A DNA stretch of 20,000 nucleotides, from assembly GCA_040437565.1 (NCBI GenBank), contig JBDOQK010000072.1, positions 118,765 through 138,764 of the forward strand, written 5' to 3'. The notes beneath the pieces are model-generated. The model worked only from the letters and a program-made list of their open reading frames with translations. It did not search any database and had not been told where the DNA came from. Of this stretch, positions 1 to 10,000 are shown in pieces. Position 1 is the first letter of the stretch. The number at the start of each line of letters is the position of its first letter. This stretch comes from Albugo candida. Its lineage: Eukaryota. Made by a program: the position numbers and the translations under genes.

Positions 1-59
1 ACAGTGAGGCTCTTCCTCGATTGAGCAGATCTCATCCATAAGCGGCACATCATCTTCTT

Positions 60-167
60 CCATGGTCTGGAACCGCGTTCGCGAGAAGGCGTCTACTTTA
101 ACATTTTCCCTCCCTTGATATAGTGCATCGTCAAGTTGTACTCGGAAAGAAGCAATTTCCAGCGCTT
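60..167 (-). pseudogene. Gypsy pol, RNase H C-terminal remnant
   Basis: KRWKLLLSEYNLTMHYIKGGK followed, after a frameshift, by VDAFSR. This matches the RWxxxLxEYxxxIxYxxGxxNxxADALSR motif. Confidence 0.8.
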
Positions 168-267
168 NNNNNNNNNNNNNNNNNNNNNNNNNNNNNNNNN
201 NNNNNNNNNNNNNNNNNNNNNNNNNNNNNNNNNNNNNNNNNNNNNNNNNNNNNNNNNNNNNNNNNNN
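168..267. other. Assembly gap (100 N)
   Basis: Run of 100 N. Confidence 1.
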
Positions 268-968
268 GTGGTAAAATCCGTCGCTCGAAAACACCAAGAG
301 ATCATCTAGGTACACAACAACGAAGTCCAGATCACTAATAATCTTCTCCATGCATGCTTATGATCACCAGACGCGGTAGAAATTCCCATGGGAAGACGCT
401 TGTATTGGTACTTTCCAAAAAGAAGGCAGATGGTAGTAAGCGGTCTGCTTTGCTTAGCCAACTGTATACAGTAGTAGCCCATGTTGGCATTCAAAGTCGT
501 TAAGCACTTTGTTGTCGACAGACATAGCAGGATCTCGCGTATTCGGGGAACAAAATATGGACTGCGGAGTAGCCAGCGATAGAGTACTCTATAATCAATC
601 ACCTGGCGAAGAGAACCGTTAGTCTTTGTCAAGAAAAACGCCGCACAGGCCATTTCTCAATCATATATCTGTTTCAATACGTCGAGTTGTGTCCGACACT
701 GGATCTCTACTCTTGCTGCGTTATCTTGGCTGCGGAAAATTAGATATGGCCTGACATGAACTGGTTTATACTCTGGTGATAGTGGTAAGATGTAATAATC
801 AAACCTCATACGTCCCAGATGACGATCATACAAATGACGATTCTTCTCTAGCAGCTCCATGTAGCTCATGGTTAACTCGGCAGTCAGATGATTCAGCAAC
901 AATTCCTTTGGATCGACAGCCGAATCCGCAAGCTCTTTATATTCTTCTACATATTCCGTGTCGAGCAT
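268..968 (-). pseudogene. Gypsy reverse transcriptase remnant
   Basis: ORF pieces 657..968 and 306..653. The catalytic YLDD is encoded at ~304-315 (reverse complement gtgtacctagatgatctc = VYLDDL). Confidence 0.92.
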
Positions 969-1386
969 GTCTGACTTGGTACCATCAAATCACCTGTATT
1001 GATTTGAAGACAATGTTCGTCCCATTGAACTGTCTGATTACTAAAGTTGATCGTAATGCCAAGTGCACGAAGAAAATCTCTACCAATGACCATAGCATCC
1101 TTGCTGTCTTCAATCACTTGAAAGCGGTGCATTATAACTGAATCAGTCTTTACCTTCAGCGAAACCGGGCGACGATGATCCAACTACTCTTCACAATGTG
1201 GCCCATGGTTTCAAACACCGTCGTTACTTGCGGGACCACTTTGTATCCATGTTTGGTACTTGCAAGCACAAATGACTTGTTGACGATACTTCCTGAAGCA
1301 CCAGTGCCCAACAGAGCTGCGAAAGTTTCTTTGTCATGACGAATTTGCGCGGTAGTGCGCAACGGAGCTGTTGGGACAATAGGCAT
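947..1386 (-). pseudogene. Gypsy aspartic protease remnant
   Basis: FAALLGTGASGSIVN (catalytic D mutated to G) followed by DAMVIGRDFLRALGITINF, the retropepsin IIGRDFL motif. Confidence 0.88.
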
Positions 1387-1499
1387 TTTCCGGACTACTA
1401 GACCAATGAGCTTGCACTAGTTTCCACTGCTCATATCGTCCTCCTTAAATACAGTCAGGTACGTCTCTTGATCACTTTCGACTTCCAGCTACTTGTGCT

Positions 1500-2322
1500 C
1501 CTCAGTTTTTTCTTCTTGAGAGCGAAGCAATGAATTGTATTGTGCGATCTTGTTTTGTGATGAGAGAACCCCTTTTCGCCATCATCCGGCCTTGGATTTG
1601 GTCTTGTTACTTCCTTCTTTCTCTTCTACTGTTGTCCACTCTTGTGAACACTGCTGTCTTCGCTGCGACCGTATGTATCCTCGCGGCCTCGGTAAGGTCC
1701 ACGCTCTTCTCGTGCATCGGGGAACTTGTGCAGTCACTGTTTTTTGCAAGAAATAAAGTATCATTTCATTGAATGTATCGTGTGCTATACCCGCAGCTGC
1801 AAGTTTGTCTTGCCGTGCCATCGACATCCCACGCTTGAAGTATCGGCGCATCTGCACATCTGGAATTGCCTCGGTATTTTTCAGGGAGCTCGGCAAAAAC
1901 ACGAACATTCTCGCGCAGACACTTGGAGAACATGAGCATACTTCCATCCCGTCACTTGATCATGTTTCATAGCTCGTGGTCCATATTTTCGCAGAACCCG
2001 TCTGGCCCAGAAAGCCGTCCCTCGGCTGTATTGAAATGGTCAAATGACCATTTTCAGATCTCGCTTGGGCCATCAGCAGGTGCACATCATGAGCAGGGCC
2101 CCCCTCAATAAGCGCAATCAAGTTGAGGCTCTTCTGTTCTTCGTTCCAGCACTTCTTCTTGAAGAGGACCTGGAATTCGCAACTCCACCTCAGAAAGCTG
2201 CGCGGACTGTCACCCTTGAATTTTCGCATCTTAACTTGTAGTCTATCCGCTAGGATGCAATCTTTAGCTGGTGAAACAATCACCGTATAAGTGACGAAGT
2301 TTTCATCGTCGTGTCGACCCAT
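1500..2322 (-). pseudogene. Gypsy gag remnant
   Basis: KFKGDSPRSFLRW capsid-like start and RRYFKRGM. A degenerate C-terminal zinc knuckle GFSHHKTRSHNTIHC (CX2HX4HX4C-like, first Cys lost) lies at ~1525-1580. The region is upstream of the protease. Confidence 0.75.
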
Positions 2323-2418
2323 GCTGGATGGGTCTTGATTCTCTTCTGTCCGATTCGGATTGGATTATTCAAAATGACAAGCCTTTGGCTAGCAGAGGGA
2401 TCATCGGCTTCGCAAGCT

Positions 2419-2585
2419 TGTGAAGAGAATAATAAAAGTGAGAATAATATTAGAAGGTAGTAAAGCCTAACGTTCTTGAACTAACGGCTTTATACAGCCT
2501 CCAACTATCATTTTCACAGCTGTCGTTACCTTAACTGTCCATCCATCAGATACCTCATGCATCATGTCATGTGCAGCATGTCACA
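2419..2585 (-). repeat. Candidate 5' LTR of the Gypsy element
   Basis: Begins TGTGA at 2419 and ends TCACA at 2585 (alternative end TTCACA at 2518). It has a minus-strand TATAAA at ~2489-2494 and lies ~100 bp upstream of gag. The second LTR is not in the window, so the call is unconfirmed. Confidence 0.4.
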
Positions 2586-2934
2586 TCCGTAAGTACTATC
2601 CGAATTTGCGTTCCACTTTTTCATAGTAGCCCGAAACTACCATTTGAGATGAGGCATAGGATCTGATAATTGTGTGGCTTTCGTAATGAGAGAAAAAAGC
2701 ACGTAATCTTGGTGTCGCTACGATCTTTCCTGTTCGGTATGTGTGCGATGTCATCGACCCGAACGAGCAACTTGGTCATTGGACGCCTATCATAGCCACA
2801 GAGAAGGTGCTCAACGTACTGCACATATATAGAGCAAGTAAGCTACAAAGGGTACGCCCCAGCTCAGTAGAGTATAACTAAATTAGACTAACTGAATCTA
2901 CTAGTTGCCTGGGCTATCTTAAATAATAAATTTA

Positions 2935-3192
2935 GGGAGTCGGTATACCCACGACCCCTGTTTTCAATGGGAACCGGCATCGCCACACCCCCTAATTTTC
3001 AAACTCGCTATGCAATATATACATTGCTATTAATAACTACGCTATCGTGAGTACTCTATCCTCACTATGCCACTTGCTCCACCCCCCAAATCCACATATG
3101 AGACCTATGAGAAAGCAGAAGACAGGTAGTACAAACCTGGTGTGGCGGTACCGGTTCCCACTTGATTAAGGGGTATGGTGATACCGGTTCCC
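2935..3192. mobile_element. MITE / non-autonomous Mutator-like element (element A)
   Basis: Imperfect TIRs of ~55 bp (GGGAGTCGGTATACC...GGGAACCGGCATCGCCACACC vs GGTGTGGCGGTACCGGTTCCC...GATACCGGTTCCC), each built from two sub-repeats. Flanks are AATAAATTTA / ATTCAATTTA (8/10 identical). Confidence 0.85.
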
Positions 3193-3203
3193 ATTCAATT
3201 TAA

Positions 3204-4295
3204 GGTGTGTGGCTATATTCACTCCTTTGCAAGTCACGTGACACATTATTATACATTCAAAATATAGGCCAGTGGTGTTTCCGCCTTCATTTGCTTCAAT
3301 ATGCTGCACATACTCACTCTCTCGAAGATCATCAAAAAGAGGTTTAGCGGATCTCTCCCCGCGAGTTGGTTGCTTCGAAAGTTGATCGTGCGCTGTACAA
3401 AGTGCGCAGGTTTGCGAAGGTGTTCTTTTCGGTCATCCCTTGCGTTGACAAGATTGCAGTCGATTTGATTCCCGCATTCGTCATTTTCTTCACTTCTTCT
3501 TCCTGTTCTTCGGTCAGCTTTCTATGGGTCGAAATGTCCGGAGGATGAAGAGAACGTCTGTGATTGTGCTCGCTGTGTATCATCTTCAACTTCTATTTCC
3601 CGTAATATTTTGAAATGTTTCGTAGAGAGGAGAAAAGGGCAGTCAATGAGCCGATATGTTGTCTGTCGCTTCCGTTCTGATACTTAAGACAGGTGCACGC
3701 CACCACGTTCACATTTCAAGTACGCATTTTTTCCGGTAATCGAACACTTGATAGTCACTGCATTTTCGTGGCCAAGGACCCATTTCTGTCTTTGGAAAGC
3801 AATATTTCACGGCTACCATATTGGACCTATTGAAGAGGGATCATGCCTGGAGCGTTCTTCGCGTCAGAGGATCAAAAAGGCCTGGCATTTGCTGCGCGTC
3901 AGCCGTTCTGTTATTGCGTGAATGGCAGCATCTTCCCATAACATTGTCGTTCGGCGGAAGCAAAGCCTCTGTCGAAGACAAGTATGTTGCATCCGTTGTA
4001 CCTGAGAAAAAGAAGGTATGGGTGGCGTCAGCTACCATTTGCTTCCGTTCTAGCATGACTGTCTTGCTAGAATGAGCGCCCTCTTTACAGTACCATTCTG
4101 ACGATGCATAGTCCAAGAGGTGGAAGGTAAGTCCCGGAGAGGGTAAAAGGTTATTTTTCAGAATTGAAAAGAGGAGAATAAGTCGGTCGCCTCTGTTGAA
4201 TCTGAAGAGTAATCACGTAGACGTGACCAGAAGCTTTGGTCACGTGGTTTAAAAGGTAGTGAATCTAACCGAAAAGGGAGTGAGTATCAATTCCT
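3204..4295 (-). mobile_element. Internally deleted Mutator-like element with FAR1-type transposase N-terminus (element B)
   Basis: Ends TATATTCACTCC...CACGTG and CACGTG...GTGAATCTAACCGAAAAGGGAGTGAGTATCAATTCC are inverted relative to each other. They are homologous to the ends of element 5675-6398. The interior holds a FAR1 domain remnant. Confidence 0.82.
3344..3790 (-). pseudogene. MULE transposase FAR1 (WRKY/GCM1-like) DNA-binding domain remnant
   Basis: AYLKCERGG...RKRQTTYRLIDCPF...IHSEHNH...HRKLTEEQEEEVKKMTNAGIKSTAILS, with an internal stop and a frameshift. The catalytic domain is absent. Confidence 0.88.
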
Positions 4296-4432
4296 TAAAT
4301 TCATGGGTGTGACTATTGCCATACGCGTTTTCACTATTGCCACAGACAAAACACTCCTGATTGGCTAATTTCTGGAACATTAGTATGATTGGTCGATACC
4401 GTTGCTATATTACTGCTACAACGTAAGATATA

Positions 4433-5639
4433 GGGAGGTGCTCACCGGACACCCCCCACCTCCTCACATACGTTTTATATATTTCAATCACCTCCCCCCT
4501 TATTTAAATTAAGGAATAGGTCACATATTATTTGGGGACATCCTGAACAGGAAACCCCGTACCCTACACAGCACATATGTGCTACATGANNNNNNNNNNN
4601 NNNNNNNNNNNNNNNNNNNNNNNNNNNNNNNNNNNNNNNNNNNNNNNNNNNNNNNNNNNNNNNNNNNNNNNNNNNNNNNNNNNNNNNNNCCCCCCACCTC
4701 CTCACATACGTTTTATATATTTCAATCACCTCCCCCCTTATTTAAATTAAGGAATAGGTCACATATTATTTGGGGACATCCTGAACAGGAAACCCCGTAC
4801 CCTACACAGCACATATGTGCTACATGATCACGGCCTCTTCTCCACCTCAACGTCATCCTGTTGGAACATGGTCTATTTGTGGCCCACGCGACATTGAAAT
4901 AGTTCAACCACGGGCGACCGTCCTTCGCTATGATGTCATTGAACGACCGTGCTGTTTGAAATAGTGCGCGATGTTGTAAGTCAACAGCATTCATGCATGC
5001 GGGTTTGTCTCAAGATCCCTTTGATACTTTCTAACTGACATCTGCCGTTTTACAGACTCATCGCATAATACTGACAATTACCAATAGCGAAAAGAAAAAG
5101 CACAATTGCAAGAAAAGGGCGTTGAGATAAGCCACAATGATTCGTGTATGATTTCTTCTTACCGGGTTTTTTTAGGCTATTGGAACTGATAGCGATTCCG
5201 CCCACGATGTCCCGCTTGCCCAAGAATTGCGCATGGAGATGCTGGCTCGGCTGGGAGTCTTAATATGAAATTGAGTAGATAGGTAAAGCAGGTGGGAATT
5301 AGGAGTGTACAGCTATGCAGAATTTTATCCGTCGCTCTTAATTTTATGATAACCTTTCCCATTTATTACTCACCCTTTCAAACCAATCAGTAAATCAATA
5401 ACAGATTCAGCAGCCATAGCATTTTATTTTTCAAATTATACGTCGATCGGAATTCTTGTCAACGCATTTCCCTTTACTAAAACTGAAACGCCGAAATCAA
5501 CATATCAGCAAACCAAAACATGACTACGTATTGACTCATATTTAATTATGAGGGCGGGTGTTCATTAAAAATAAATAAAACAGATGTGAGAAAGGGGTGG
5601 TGTCCGGTTAGCAAAGGGGGTTTCTGGTTAGCAGCTCCC
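4433..5639. mobile_element. Nested non-autonomous TIR element (element E), probably MULE-derived
   Basis: TIRs GGGAGGTGCTCACCGGACACCCC vs rc GGGAGCTGCTAACCAGAAACCCC, with an exact 8 bp TSD AAGATATA at 4425-4432 and 5640-5647. A weak minus-strand transposase C-terminal remnant (DGRP...KRP*SCS...CP) lies at ~4770-4930. Confidence 0.82.
4590..4689. other. Assembly gap (100 N) flanked by exact 138 bp duplication
   Basis: 4452-4589 is identical to 4690-4827. Confidence 0.97.
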
Positions 5640-5674
5640 AAGATATATTTTAGAACTTCTCCATTATATAAAAG

Positions 5675-6398
5675 GGGAATTGTTATATTCACTTCCTTTT
5701 AAGCCACGTGAGACGCATTATCATACATTCAATTATTTGCCACTGCACATTTAACTCTAAAAGAAGGGTTTAGAAGAGGACGGGTTTTATTGGAGGTTCA
5801 AAATGGATTCTAAAATTTCCCTTCGGATATCTAAGGGATTTGGGGCATGCCCTCTAATTGCTCGGCCCTGAGCTGCTTTCTTAGCAAAAAAAGCAAGCGA
5901 ATGCGCCACATTGGTTGCCATCATTTTGCTTGCCGCAATCTGCTACTTTGGCGTACAACTTGTGCGATTCTCCGCCAGCCAGACCGTTTTCAGGAATATT
6001 GTCACACATCCAAGGTCGTGTTTCTCAAAATTCACTGGCAAGAAAGAATCTACCAGGAGCAAATGCTTGTCGGAACATCACAATTGTAAACGGAATGTAC
6101 CCGTTTCAGCGCACATTCCGTTTGCCATTCTTACTCACAAAGGTCACACGGGCTGGTGGATGGCCACGGAGGGATTCAAGAAAGATACTTTCTCCCCTTT
6201 TGGATGCTGTTCTAAACGTTGTCGGATGGTGGGGGCGTATCACGACCTGGTCGGACGTAGGTGTGTACCTCCGGAGGTATGAGACAACTGTCTGGTCCTT
6301 CGACCAGGCTGTTGTAAACTCTAACGGACATATCTTTTGGTCACGTGGCTCAGACGGGAGTGAATCTAACCGAACAGGGAGTGAATAAAACAATTCCC
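5675..6398 (-). mobile_element. Nested non-autonomous Mutator-like element (element F) carrying a Ulp1-like remnant
   Basis: TIRs GGGAATTGTTATATTCACTTCC vs rc GGGAATTGTTTTATTCACTCCC. TSD TATATAAAAG (5665-5674) / TATATAAAG (6399-6407). Same end family as element B. Confidence 0.87.
5800..6200 (-). pseudogene. Ulp1/peptidase C48-like cysteine protease remnant
   Basis: Minus-strand pieces KVSFLNPSVA, FLPVNFEKH and DCGKQNDGNQCGAFACFF (QxDGxxCG catalytic-Cys motif), then, after a frameshift, PNPLDIRR. Confidence 0.65.
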
Positions 6399-7599
6399 TA
6401 TATAAAGTCAAAATTAATAGAATAATACAGGCGCTGCATACGCTCACGTGAATATATTATCGTTTCTTATTCGTACAAGATATTCAAATAATCGTAATAA
6501 AAATTTCCAAAAGGTATTTTATTTGATTTAAGATAGTCCAGACATCACGCAAAAGATGCTTCACGACGAAGCGCCATCATAAATTTGGTCCCCAATTGAT
6601 ATTAGTAAGCTTTATCCACTTCAGTGTTCAAATTTCGCATTTGGGAAATTCTTGTAGAGAACAGACTGGGAAATTCCGCGTTCTTGAAATCAATCTTCAT
6701 GATGTTAACAGATGCATTACCACGAATTCTTCATTCTGTCCCAGCGCACCAACTTCTTATTCCGTCGTCGTGCTATATGAATGGTTGAAGAAACTACACA
6801 CGACAATTGCGCAAGTTTCTCGACTCTCTGAAAAATCTGGATGATCGCCTTTCTCGATGCGCATGTGGCGATTCGATCCAATTTCTGACGATTTTCCGCG
6901 GATGTTTATTTACTTCTTGACCTTTTCTGTAAGAGAACGACATGTAAATAGATCATGCCTTTTAGGTGGAGTGGCAACAAGTGGGCTTTTTTGGAAAGAA
7001 TTTAGAAACGTGCTGCCAGATTCAACTAAGCAACTAGTAGTCATGCAGCAATAATGCAAAACTTCGGAAGAAGTCCCAGTGGCTTTTTCTGAAGAAGACC
7101 CGGATGTATAGTGCAGAGATTAATAAGACGGCTATGGTCTTCTTTTAATCCAAGACAGAGTATTTATTTAACAGTAAGTTTAGTTTGTGTATCACACTTC
7201 TGATATAGAACATTGCATTGTGTTGCTCTTTCATAATATTTTTTACGCTGCAGCAGTACTATAACCACCATACTGATCAGTCATATTGATTTTACACAAA
7301 TTAGTCAATCCTGGGTGTTTTGTCTGTCTCAATAGTGCCACCTAAATTTAGGGAATTGCTGCGGACACCCGAAATTTTTGCTACGGGCACACCCCTAAAA
7401 ATATCCATCCACCACTTAGTCCACCACTCCTGCTGCCATGTTCTCAGCTGCTAGAACCTCCAATCCTCAAGTTACTACCTAGCCCACTCCCCAGTCCACT
7501 CTGTTCATTCCGCCACCTTATGCACCGCTCTCGCTCCTTCTGCTCTCCACGCAACCTGTTCCAATATTTTACTTGCAAATACTGCACCTCTAGATTTGG

Positions 7600-9520
7600 T
7601 GAAAAACACATACTTTAATTCTCGAATCACTATTGATGAGCCAGTACAACGACATGCACTATCCAATGGGTTCGTCATAACCATAGCCCGTTTATTGATG
7701 ACGTTCGCTCGGAGCACAACCATGATATTACTGTTGACCTCAGTGGCCATCCAGGTGCCAGAAAATTTTCATTGCTGCATCTGCAAGAAGTAGCTGTAAT
7801 GTCAATGGGCAACTGCCGAACAAGAGGAATTGCAACTGTTTTGAGGCGGATGCCGGCTGAGGGTCCTCATGTTGCGATCATAACAAATGACATCAGCAAC
7901 CAAGAAGTTTCTATTTGAAGCAGTATCTTGCAGGCCGCACATCTTTAGAAGCCTTGATGGATGAGCTAGGTTCTGGNNNNNNNNNNNNNNNNNNNNNNNN
8001 NNNNNNNNNNNNNNNNNNNNNNNNNNNNNNNNNNNNNNNNNNNNNNNNNNNNNNNNNNNNNNNNNNNNNNNNNNNNAACAAGAGGAATTGCAACTGTTTT
8101 GAGGCGGATGCCGGCTGAGGGTCCTCATGTTGCGATCATAACAAATGACATCAGCAACCAAGAAGTTTCTATTTGAAGCAGTATCTTGCAGGCCGCACAT
8201 CTTTAGAAGCCTTGATGGATGAGCTAGGTTCTGGGGCGAAATGGCACCACAGGTCTAAACTAGACCAACCAGATCATATAAGCCATCTCTATGTCAGTCA
8301 CGTTGCATCAAAAGAACTGGTCAATAAACACCATCCTGTGTTTGTGATTGACTGCACATATAAAACGAAACGGTATGCCATGCCACTACTTCATATTGTT
8401 TGGGATGATCCCACTGAACCAGTATTTTTCCGCTGCCATAGTCTTTGTATCAGGTGAATTGGTTGGTGACTACACATGGGCGCTTAATTAATTCAAGAAT
8501 ACAACGTATCATCAAGATAACTGCCTGCCTAGTAACTAACTGAGAAGTGGCAGTGATAAATGCCATGGAACTTGTTTTTTGGGTTCCTCACTTGCTTTGT
8601 GTTTGGCATATCAATAAGCATATTTTGGCAAACTGCAAAAGAGAATTTCCATCCGAGGATGCTTGGAATGAATTCATTACCAATTGAGAGCCTATTGTCA
8701 CTGCCATACACTCAACCAAAACCAAGGATATGTGGGATACTTCTAAAAACCAATCTGAGGAATCCCATGCAAAGTGTATCACGACTCCGCGTGAAGTTTT
8801 GCTACCTTGGAGACAACACTTCATAGAGGCATGGAATCGAAATTATTTTCATGTCGAACAGACCACCTGCTCTCGAGCTGAGGATGCACATTCATTCCTA
8901 AGAAAAATGAACTCTCGCCGACACGTGAAATTCAACAGGTGGTACGTCAAATTAACATTTCTATCCAACACCAATTTGATGAGATCCGAGCTGTTGAGGC
9001 AACAGACCAGCTAAGGATACCCTTCTTCAGCTTCTTGGGTATGTGGTGTACAGCTTCGCCATCGAAAAAGTATGATATTTGTTTTGCAATAGGTCACAAA
9101 ATGATAAAGTCTCACATCTGTGCCCTTCATCCATTTCTCTAGATGTACACCCAATTGGAGGCAATAAAAGCATTACAGAAAGCTGGAAAATCACTCCCCA
9201 AGATTTGCCTCTGCGCAGAACCTGTGACATTTGGCTTGCCTCGCAAACATTCTATGCAAGCAAGACTACATGCCTACGATTCTATGACCATAGAAGACTG
9301 CATTCATTTCGGATCTTGGTGAAAAGAAGTCCGCAGAATTCTGTGCAAAGAGATTCCAATAGCTGGGAGGAGACACTACGAGCTCCATGAGGTGTATAAA
9401 CGTTCTGCTCTCCATGAACAAGCTCGTTTGCACTCAACGATTAAAATATATTGTGGCTGAGAAGGACAATCTCCCACCACATTCCGTCAAAATGCGTGGG
9501 TGACCTGCACAAAAGCAGTT
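7600..9520 (+). pseudogene. MULE (FAR1-type) DDE transposase pseudogene
   Basis: VFVIDCTYKTKRYAMPLLHIV (first Asp), HLLCVWHINKHILANCK (CxxH), FHVEQTTCSRAEDAHSFLR (catalytic Glu) and a SWIM-like CLCAEPVTFGLPRKH at ~9205-9250. There are multiple stops and frameshifts. Confidence 0.92.
7977..8076. other. Assembly gap (100 N) flanked by exact 158 bp duplication
   Basis: 7819-7976 is identical to 8077-8234. Confidence 0.97.
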
Positions 9521-9869
9521 TATAAAATCAAACAAGCGTGATCCATCCATGTGAAAAGTTGCGACATGTATGTAGGACATCAGCTTGGAATGGTATTGTT
9601 CGATTCATCTACTTACTTTCTCTGTTGTTATTACAGAATGAAACAAGCAATCCAGATAATGATAAAAGTGTTGAGGAGAAGAACATGGATTTGGCAGCAG
9701 AACTGAGTCATTTCAATCAAAAGATTTTAGTTGTCAAGCCGGTAGTTGAATTAAGGATTATAATTTCACATTATGTTAATAATTTCCTGCTGTTTTCTTT
9801 CATGCCAAAGGGGACGATATTGTTGAGAAGAACTGAGATCTACGCGAAGCTATACAACCATTTCTTGAC

Positions 9870-10000
9870 GAGAATATGTGGCTAAATGATCAGACAAGGG
9901 TTTCATTATTGCGTACCCACACGGCTGAACCAGTTGCACAAAGCAAGTGGATGGTAATACCTTTGGCATTTCTACATCTCACAACGTTTGTGAAGCTGCG
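9870..10000 (+). pseudogene. Collapsed Ulp1/peptidase C48-like remnant downstream of the transposase
   Basis: ENMWLNDQ (WLNDxxI motif) at ~9870-9893 and, in another frame, CTKQVDGNTFGI (QxDGxxCG with C>F) at ~9935-9970. The intervening domain is largely deleted. Confidence 0.5.

Larger units (their letters stand above)
1..2585 (-). mobile_element. Degenerate Ty3/Gypsy LTR retrotransposon (gag-protease-RT-RNase H; continues beyond left edge)
   Basis: Minus-strand fragments occur in Gypsy order: gag-like (1500-2322), aspartic protease ALLGTGAS (ALLDTGAS-like), RT motifs (RPYLI, AAFFLTKTNGSLRQVIDYR, NANMGYY, YKRLPMGIST, VYLDDL) and RNase H C-terminal RWKLLLSEYNLTMHYIKG. There are many frameshifts and stops. 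The right boundary depends on the tentative LTR call. Confidence 0.93.
4305..7342. mobile_element. Long-TIR non-autonomous Mutator-like element (element C) hosting two nested insertions
   Basis: 4332-4430 (CACTATTGCCACAGACAAAACACTCCTGATTGGCTAATTT...TACTGCTACAACGTAA) aligns with the reverse complement of ~7240-7337 (CACTATTGAGACAGACAAAACACCCAGGATTGACTAATTT...TACTGCTGCAGCGTAA) over ~100 bp. It has GG...CC termini and TAAATTCA / TAAATTTA flanks. Confidence 0.8.

Noticed and set aside
2590-2926. Spacer between Gypsy element and MULE array, with a 67 aa ORF
   Set aside because: No recognisable motif, repeat or terminal structure.
4452-4827. 138 bp direct repeat around N-gap
   Set aside because: The copies are identical and abut a 100-N placeholder on both sides. 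This is typical of an unmerged contig overlap rather than a biological tandem duplication.
5911-6388. Plus-strand ORFs of 123 and 157 aa, one with a signal-peptide-like start (MVAIILLAAICYFG)
   Set aside because: They lie antisense to the Ulp1-like remnant inside a TIR element, begin at non-ATG codons or run into the TIR, and have no recognisable effector motif.
7819-8234. 158 bp direct repeat around N-gap
   Set aside because: Same artefact pattern. Collapsing it restores continuous transposase sequence.
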